64,000 nucleotides of DNA. Origin: Peptococcia bacterium (GTDB lineage Bacteria; Bacillota; Peptococcia; DRI-13; DTU073). Location of the stretch: assembly GCA_050951605.1 (NCBI GenBank), contig JBMNJJ010000009.1:409730-473729 (forward strand), written 5' to 3'. Positions 59,081-64,000 of the stretch are shown here, one piece after another. Numbering within the stretch: position 1 is the stretch's first letter; each line of letters starts with the position of its first letter. Under the pieces are notes generated by a model, which did not search any database, was not told where the DNA came from, and saw only the letters and a list, made by a program, of their open reading frames with translations. The position numbers were made by a program, and so were the translations under genes.

Positions 59081-59297
59081 ATTTTGTTGATTGAAGATTC
59101 TTTCGCTCTTTTGAACAAGGGCTTTAATGGAACCCTTTAGATAAGCACTTTACTTCCGAGGTACTGCACTTCGAACTAAGCTATAGTATGTTCTGACCTC
59201 CGATAAGTCACCCTCCGGTAAGTACCTTGACCGAAACAGTACGTAGAAATTTTTAACTTCGAATTGGTAAACGTTAGAGAAAGTAGAGGAGAGAGAA

Positions 59298-59684
59298 ATG
59301 GAGATTTTTCAAATAGTAGGCATAGGACTTACTGGAACAGTTTTAGCTGTATATGTAAAAGAAAGTAACCGTGAGATAGCAATTTTAATTAGTCTAGCTA
59401 CTGGTTTAATACTGTTTATTTATGCTCTTAGTAAAGTCGGGGCAGTAATTAATATTTTGGCAGAATTAGCAACACGGGCAAATATTAATATGTATTATCT
59501 AATGATTGTCCTAAAAATTATGGGTATTGCTTATATTGCTGAATTTGGTGCTCAAATTTGTCGGGATGCGGGTGAAGGTTCTACAGCAACGAAGATTGAA
59601 TTTGCCGCTAAAATATTGGTGATGGTACTTGCCTTACCAATTATTGTGGCTTTAATGGAATCTGTTCTGCGGCTTTTACCTTGA
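59298..59684 (+). CDS. spoIIIAD: Stage III sporulation protein AD
   Basis: 128-aa four-TM protein with AEFGAQICRDAGE. Confidence 0.85.
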   Translation: MEIFQIVGIGLTGTVLAVYVKESNREIAILISLATGLILFIYALSKVGAVINILAELATRANINMYYLMIVLKIMGIAYIAEFGAQICRDAGEGSTATKIEFAAKILVMVLALPIIVALMESVLRLLP

Positions 59685-59694
59685 GGTGGTAGGA

Positions 59695-60879
59695 ATGAAA
59701 AGAAAGGTAATCTTTTTCTTGTTTTTAGGGAGTTTATTTTTTCCCTTAACTGTAAATGCGGACAACAATGAGAAAACGTCTTTGACTACACAAGAAATAG
59801 TAGAAAATCAGCAACAAAGCTTAGACCTCAGTGAATTGGAAGAATTTATTAAAGAGCTTGATCGAGATATCGGTTCTATTTTTCCCGATTTTTCCTTTTC
59901 ACAAATAATTGAAAAGTTTAAGGAAGGGGATTTAGATCTTTCTCCACAGGAAGCTTTAAAAAAAATTATTATTTATTTTTGGCGTGAAGTAATGGTTAAT
60001 TTGTCTTTATTGGGTAAGCTTTTGGTCATTGCCGTTGTTTGTACTATTTTACAAACATTACAATCAGCTTTTGAAAAGGGAACTGTCGCTAGGTTAGCTT
60101 ATTTTATTTGTTTTTTAGCAGTAATTACATTGGCCATTAGTTCTTTTAAGGTGGCCATTACAACCGGTATAACTACTATTGATAAGATGGTGGAATTTAT
60201 GAAGTTACTACTTCCGGTTCTTTTAGTTCTTTTAACGACGTTGGGGGGGCTAACTACAACAGCTTTATTACAGCCATTTCTTTTAGTTTTTCTTAATTTT
60301 ATGTCTACTTTTACACAAAAAATTATCTTTCCTTTAATTTTTTTAACGGCTGTTTTGTGTATTAGCAATAATCTTTCTACTCATTTTAAAGTATCGCGAC
60401 TTGTCAATTTTTTTAAGCAAATAACTAAGGTTGGAATTGGGCTTGTTTTAACCCTTTTTATTGGGGTGATTTCGGTAGAAAGTGTTACAGGTGCTGTTGT
60501 TGATGGTGTTACTCTACGCACAGCTAAATATATGACCGGAGCTTTTGTTCCTGTTGCCGGTAATATGTTTGCTGATGCTCTTGATGCGATAATGGGGGGC
60601 TCTCTTCTTTTAAAAAATGCACTTGGTTTGACAGGTGTGCTGACCTTAGTAGCAATTATTCTTTTTCCGGTAATCAAAATTTTAGCACTTGCGGTAATTT
60701 ATCGTCTGGCTTCTGCACTATTACAGCCTTTAGGTGATACTCTATTAGCTAATACTTTAGAAGAAATGTCGGAATGTCTTTTTTTGACTTTTGCGGCAGT
60801 AACTTCTGTGGCCATTATGTTTTTTATGACAATTACGATTATTGTCGGTACAGCTAATTTTACAGTAATGCTTAGGTAG
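59695..60879 (+). CDS. spoIIIAE: Stage III sporulation protein AE
   Basis: Signal peptide plus a polytopic membrane domain. ATG after GAGGTGGTAGGA. Confidence 0.85.
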   Translation: MKRKVIFFLFLGSLFFPLTVNADNNEKTSLTTQEIVENQQQSLDLSELEEFIKELDRDIGSIFPDFSFSQIIEKFKEGDLDLSPQEALKKIIIYFWREVMVNLSLLGKLLVIAVVCTILQTLQSAFEKGTVARLAYFICFLAVITLAISSFKVAITTGITTIDKMVEFMKLLLPVLLVLLTTLGGLTTTALLQPFLLVFLNFMSTFTQKIIFPLIFLTAVLCISNNLSTHFKVSRLVNFFKQITKVGIGLVLTLFIGVISVESVTGAVVDGVTLRTAKYMTGAFVPVAGNMFADALDAIMGGSLLLKNALGLTGVLTLVAIILFPVIKILALAVIYRLASALLQPLGDTLLANTLEEMSECLFLTFAAVTSVAIMFFMTITIIVGTANFTVMLR

Positions 60880-60889
60880 GAGTGTTTAT

Positions 60890-61504
60890 ATGACTGTTTT
60901 AACGGAGTTAGTTCGCAATATTATGCTGATTATTCTTTTAACTTCTTTTTTAGAGATGATTATGCCTTCTAGTAGTATGCAACGTTTTGTCAAAGTTGTG
61001 ATGGGTCTTTTTATTTTAGTAGCTATTTTAAATCCAATTTTAAATGTAATTAATCAACAGCAAAATTTAGAAGCATTTATTTGGCAACAAGAAGATAGGT
61101 CACAGGCACAGTTTAATAGTGTGTTAGAACAAGGTGAACGTTTACAAAAGGTAAACCAAGATTTACTTTGGGAAAGTTATCAGCAAAACTTAGAGCATCA
61201 AATGAAGTCTTTGGTTAAGTTGATTGGTGGTGTTAAAGAGGCTGATGTACAGATTAAGCTAAAGCAGATTAGAGATAGTGAAGAATTAATTAAAGAAGTT
61301 ACTGTTACTATTAACAAAAAAGAGAAAGAAGGAGAAAGGAGTGGTGAATTAATTAAGCCGGTAAAAATTGTTATGGGAGAATTTAATGAGGAAAAGGTTC
61401 ACGTGTTAAGCAAAGAAGAGCAATTGATACAGAGCGATATTTTGAAAATATTGTCTCAATATTTTGGCTTAAAAGGGGAACAAATAAATGTTAAATTTAT
61501 CTAG
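60890..61504 (+). CDS. spoIIIAF: Stage III sporulation protein AF
   Basis: Position and pattern (two N-terminal TM helices followed by a soluble domain). Confidence 0.8.
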   Translation: MTVLTELVRNIMLIILLTSFLEMIMPSSSMQRFVKVVMGLFILVAILNPILNVINQQQNLEAFIWQQEDRSQAQFNSVLEQGERLQKVNQDLLWESYQQNLEHQMKSLVKLIGGVKEADVQIKLKQIRDSEELIKEVTVTINKKEKEGERSGELIKPVKIVMGEFNEEKVHVLSKEEQLIQSDILKILSQYFGLKGEQINVKFI

Positions 61505-61519
61505 ATTGGGGGGGGATAA

Positions 61520-62107
61520 ATGAAGAATTTTTATAAATCTTTGCTTGACCCTAAAGGAAAATTAGGGATTGGAGGAATTGTTGTTTTAATTATCTTGGGA
61601 ATTTCTTTAATGGTTGTTCCGGGAATGTTTTTAGGTAAAACGGAAAAGGACTTACCGCCAGAAACACCAAAAGAAATTAATGATAAAACTAGTAACAACT
61701 CTTCAGTACTGGTAAGTCTAGAAGAATCTTTAGCTAGACAGGCTACGAATATTTTAAGTGAGGTGGAAGGAGTGGGGCGTGTTTCTGTAGCTGTTAGTTT
61801 GGCCGCAGGACCGGAACAAGATTATGCCTGTAATAGAACAAACCAAAAATCGACAATAGAAGAAAAAGCTATGGATGGTGGAATAAGAGAAACAACTGAA
61901 TTTAACGAAAAAACAGAATATGTTTTAGTACAGGGAAGAAGTGAGCCTTTATTACTTAAAGAAAAAAGTCCACAAATTAAAGGTGTTTTGGTAGTGGCAG
62001 AAGGGGCTCATGATGCAGAAATAAAAATTCAATTAAGTAGGGCGATTCAGTCCTTATTTGATTTACCGGCACATAGAATAATAATACTTCCTAAAGAAGG
62101 TAGGTGA
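61520..62107 (+). CDS. spoIIIAG: Stage III sporulation protein AG
   Basis: The C-terminal ring-building motif region, IKGVLVVAEGA. Confidence 0.85.
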   Translation: MKNFYKSLLDPKGKLGIGGIVVLIILGISLMVVPGMFLGKTEKDLPPETPKEINDKTSNNSSVLVSLEESLARQATNILSEVEGVGRVSVAVSLAAGPEQDYACNRTNQKSTIEEKAMDGGIRETTEFNEKTEYVLVQGRSEPLLLKEKSPQIKGVLVVAEGAHDAEIKIQLSRAIQSLFDLPAHRIIILPKEGR

Positions 62108-62110
62108 TAA

Positions 62111-62689
62111 ATGATGAAGACATTATTTATTCGTTTTAAAAGTTTATTAACTTTAGGTTTGGTGTTGTTAAGCATCTCTTTTGTTTGGTTTGCACTTACG
62201 TCTTATCATCAAGCAAAACAAATTATAGCTGAAGAAGAAGTTCTTTCTGAAACGGGAAAGATAGAAAATGTTACTGAACAAGAAATGATTTCTGAGCCAA
62301 AGATTACAATTGTTCCCCAGGAGAATAAAGAAATAACAGACAATTTTTTTAGTGAATATCGTTTAGAGAGGGAGAGAGCGCGAAGCGAACAGGTAGAAAT
62401 ATTAAATGAAATTATTAATAATCCTAATTCCAATGTAGAGGTAAGATTAGATGCACAAGAAAAATTATTGTGGTTGACAAACAATTTGGGTAAAGAGACA
62501 AAAATAGAGAATGCTTTATTTGCTAAGGGATTTACCGATGCAGCAGTAGCAATTGAATCTCAAGCCATTATGGTGATTGTACCTTCACAAGGATTGCGTG
62601 AAGATGAAATTGCCAGAATTGCTGACATAGTAATAAAAATAGCAGAATGTAAGTTAGAAGATGTAGTAATAGTACCTAAAGCTCCTTAA
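62111..62689 (+). CDS. spoIIIAH: Stage III sporulation protein AH
   Basis: N-terminal TM helix and a C-terminal YscJ/FliF-like region. Last gene of the operon. Confidence 0.8.
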   Translation: MMKTLFIRFKSLLTLGLVLLSISFVWFALTSYHQAKQIIAEEEVLSETGKIENVTEQEMISEPKITIVPQENKEITDNFFSEYRLERERARSEQVEILNEIINNPNSNVEVRLDAQEKLLWLTNNLGKETKIENALFAKGFTDAAVAIESQAIMVIVPSQGLREDEIARIADIVIKIAECKLEDVVIVPKAP

Positions 62690-62834
62690 AGTTTTTAATT
62701 TAATTTTCAAAACCACTTGCATTACTTTTTTAAGTAAATTATAATTAAAACTGCTATAATCAGCGTTGACTAGGTTAGGCGAATCACCAACGTTTAACTT
62801 GGTTACGGTGAATAAATAAGGAGGTGAAGGTTAA

Positions 62835-63104
62835 ATGTCGCTTAGTCAGGAAAAGAAAAGTGAAATTATTAACAAATATTGTCTTCACGAGCATGACACT
62901 GGTTCTCCGGAAGTTCAAATTGCTATTTTAACGGAGAAAATCAATTACTTAACAGAGCATTTAAAGGTTCATACAAAAGATCATCATTCTAGACGTGGAC
63001 TTTTAAAAATGGTTGGTCAGCGCAGACATTTGTTAAATTATCTTAAGAAAAAAGACCTAGATAGATATAGAACTCTCATCGAGAGTTTAGGTCTTAGAAG
63101 ATAA
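62835..63104 (+). CDS. rpsO: 30S ribosomal protein S15
   Basis: ...[45 protein letters not shown]. Confidence 0.95.
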   Translation: MSLSQEKKSEIINKYCLHEHDTGSPEVQIAILTEKINYLTEHLKVHTKDHHSRRGLLKMVGQRRHLLNYLKKKDLDRYRTLIESLGLRR

Positions 63105-63129
63105 GAGCGGTTAACCGCTCTTATTTTTA
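63103..63129 (+). terminator. Rho-independent terminator after rpsO
   Basis: AAGAGCGG-ttaa-CCGCTCTT followed by a T-rich tail. Confidence 0.8.
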
Positions 63130-63268
63130 TAAGATATAGCCGAAAAGACAGCTAAAAGGAATTATATTTGTATTTATTTTTCTCAGGGAAGGAAATAATA
63201 AAAGTTATGTAGAATAAAGTCTATGTTTGAGATTTAATGAAATAAATATAGGGAGGGTTAAATTTTTA

Positions 63269-64000
63269 ATGGACTATCCATATCCAATTCTAAGGAAGCA
63301 ACTTGATGTAGCTGGAAGAAAGTTAGTTTTAGAAACAGGTAGAGTGGGCAAACAGGCTGGAGGAGCGGTATTCATTTGTTATGGTGACACTTGTTTGCTG
63401 ACAACAGCTACTTCTTCAGCTGAACCGAGAGAGGGAATTGATTTTTTCCCCTTAACAGTAGATTATGAGGAACGGCTTTATTCCGTAGGGAAAATTCCGG
63501 GAGGATTTATTAAAAGAGAAGGTCGTCCTAGTGAAAAAGCTATTCTTTCTAGTAGGTTGATTGATAGACCGATTCGACCTCTTTTTCCCGAAGGTTATCA
63601 TAATGATGTACAGATTGTAGCTACAGTGATGTCTGTAGATCAGGATAATTTACCTGATATAACGGCTATTAATGGTGCTTCTGCAGCGCTACATATTTCA
63701 GATATACCTTTTAAGGGACCAATAGGTGCTGTTGTTGTAGGTTGTGTTGACGGTGAATTAATTATTAATCCGACGGTGGAAGAGGCTGAAAAAAGTGACC
63801 TGCATTTAGTAGTAGCAGGGACTAAAGACGCTGTAATGATGGTCGAAGCGGGATGTAAAGAGATATCGGAAGAACTTTGTTTAGAAGCAATTATGTTTGG
63901 TCATGAAAAAATTAAAGAAATAGTACAGTTTATTGAAGATTTTCGGGCAGAAGCTTTAAAATTAGGCTTGGCTAAAGAAAAACAAGTGCCTGAGATACAA
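63269..64000 (+). CDS. pnp: Polynucleotide phosphorylase, N-terminal part (3' end outside the window)
   Basis: Not in the ORF track because no stop is reached. RBS GGGAGGG then [37 protein letters not shown]...[35 protein letters not shown].... Confidence 0.9.
   Translation, partial: MDYPYPILRKQLDVAGRKLVLETGRVGKQAGGAVFICYGDTCLLTTATSSAEPREGIDFFPLTVDYEERLYSVGKIPGGFIKREGRPSEKAILSSRLIDRPIRPLFPEGYHNDVQIVATVMSVDQDNLPDITAINGASAALHISDIPFKGPIGAVVVGCVDGELIINPTVEEAEKSDLHLVVAGTKDAVMMVEAGCKEISEELCLEAIMFGHEKIKEIVQFIEDFRAEALKLGLAKEKQVPEIQ

Overview
Low-GC chromosome segment from a spore-forming Firmicutes (Clostridia-like) organism. All calls come from reading the translations and sequence by eye, with no searches run. 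Hand-counted coordinates may be off by 1-3 nt.

Core region (about 36.5-64 kb), conserved and almost entirely on the + strand: csp, a class B PBP, rnfCDGEAB-apbE-NusG_II-Gx transporter, sigK (uninterrupted), yqeG, aroK, pilT/pilD/comFB, tldD/pmbA, aroQ, an M24 Xaa-Pro peptidase, efp, hydF, spoIIIAA-AH, rpsO and the 5' part of pnp.

Accessory region (about 0-36.5 kb):
- Two direct copies of a segment (lipoprotein 3' end, 4-TM membrane gene, HAD hydrolase, splB, small ORF) sit at about 2.5-8.0 kb (copy A) and 33.8-36.5 kb (copy B). They have decayed reciprocally.
- Copy A carries a 3-kb insertion with two modular secreted paralogues.
- Copy A also carries an approximately 20-kb, visibly AT-richer defence-type island (about 8.0-28.2 kb).

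Island contents, in order: vapBC; an acidic orphan; a DUF1648 membrane protein; a DUF2726 plus Zn-ribbon nuclease-like protein; a multiply frameshifted ORF; a DUF3883 nuclease-like protein next to a split DUF4011/Upf1-like SF1 helicase with a Vsr/DUF559-like endonuclease tail; a HEPN(RX4H)-CBS gene cleanly interrupted by an IS21-family element (5-bp target duplication); a 466-aa orphan; and a complete type I R-M locus (hsdM broken at an A8 tract, hsdS, hsdR) with a DUF45-type metallopeptidase.

Between the two copies lies a PucR-like regulator (broken at an A9 tract), a permease and an M20 amidohydrolase.

Best candidates for undescribed biology: the HEPN-CBS gene with its 466-aa neighbour, and the DUF3883 plus helicase-endonuclease pair.

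Caveat: at least 11 ORFs in the window are disrupted, including rnfB and apbE. Assembly indel error must be excluded before any pseudogene or phase-variation reading.
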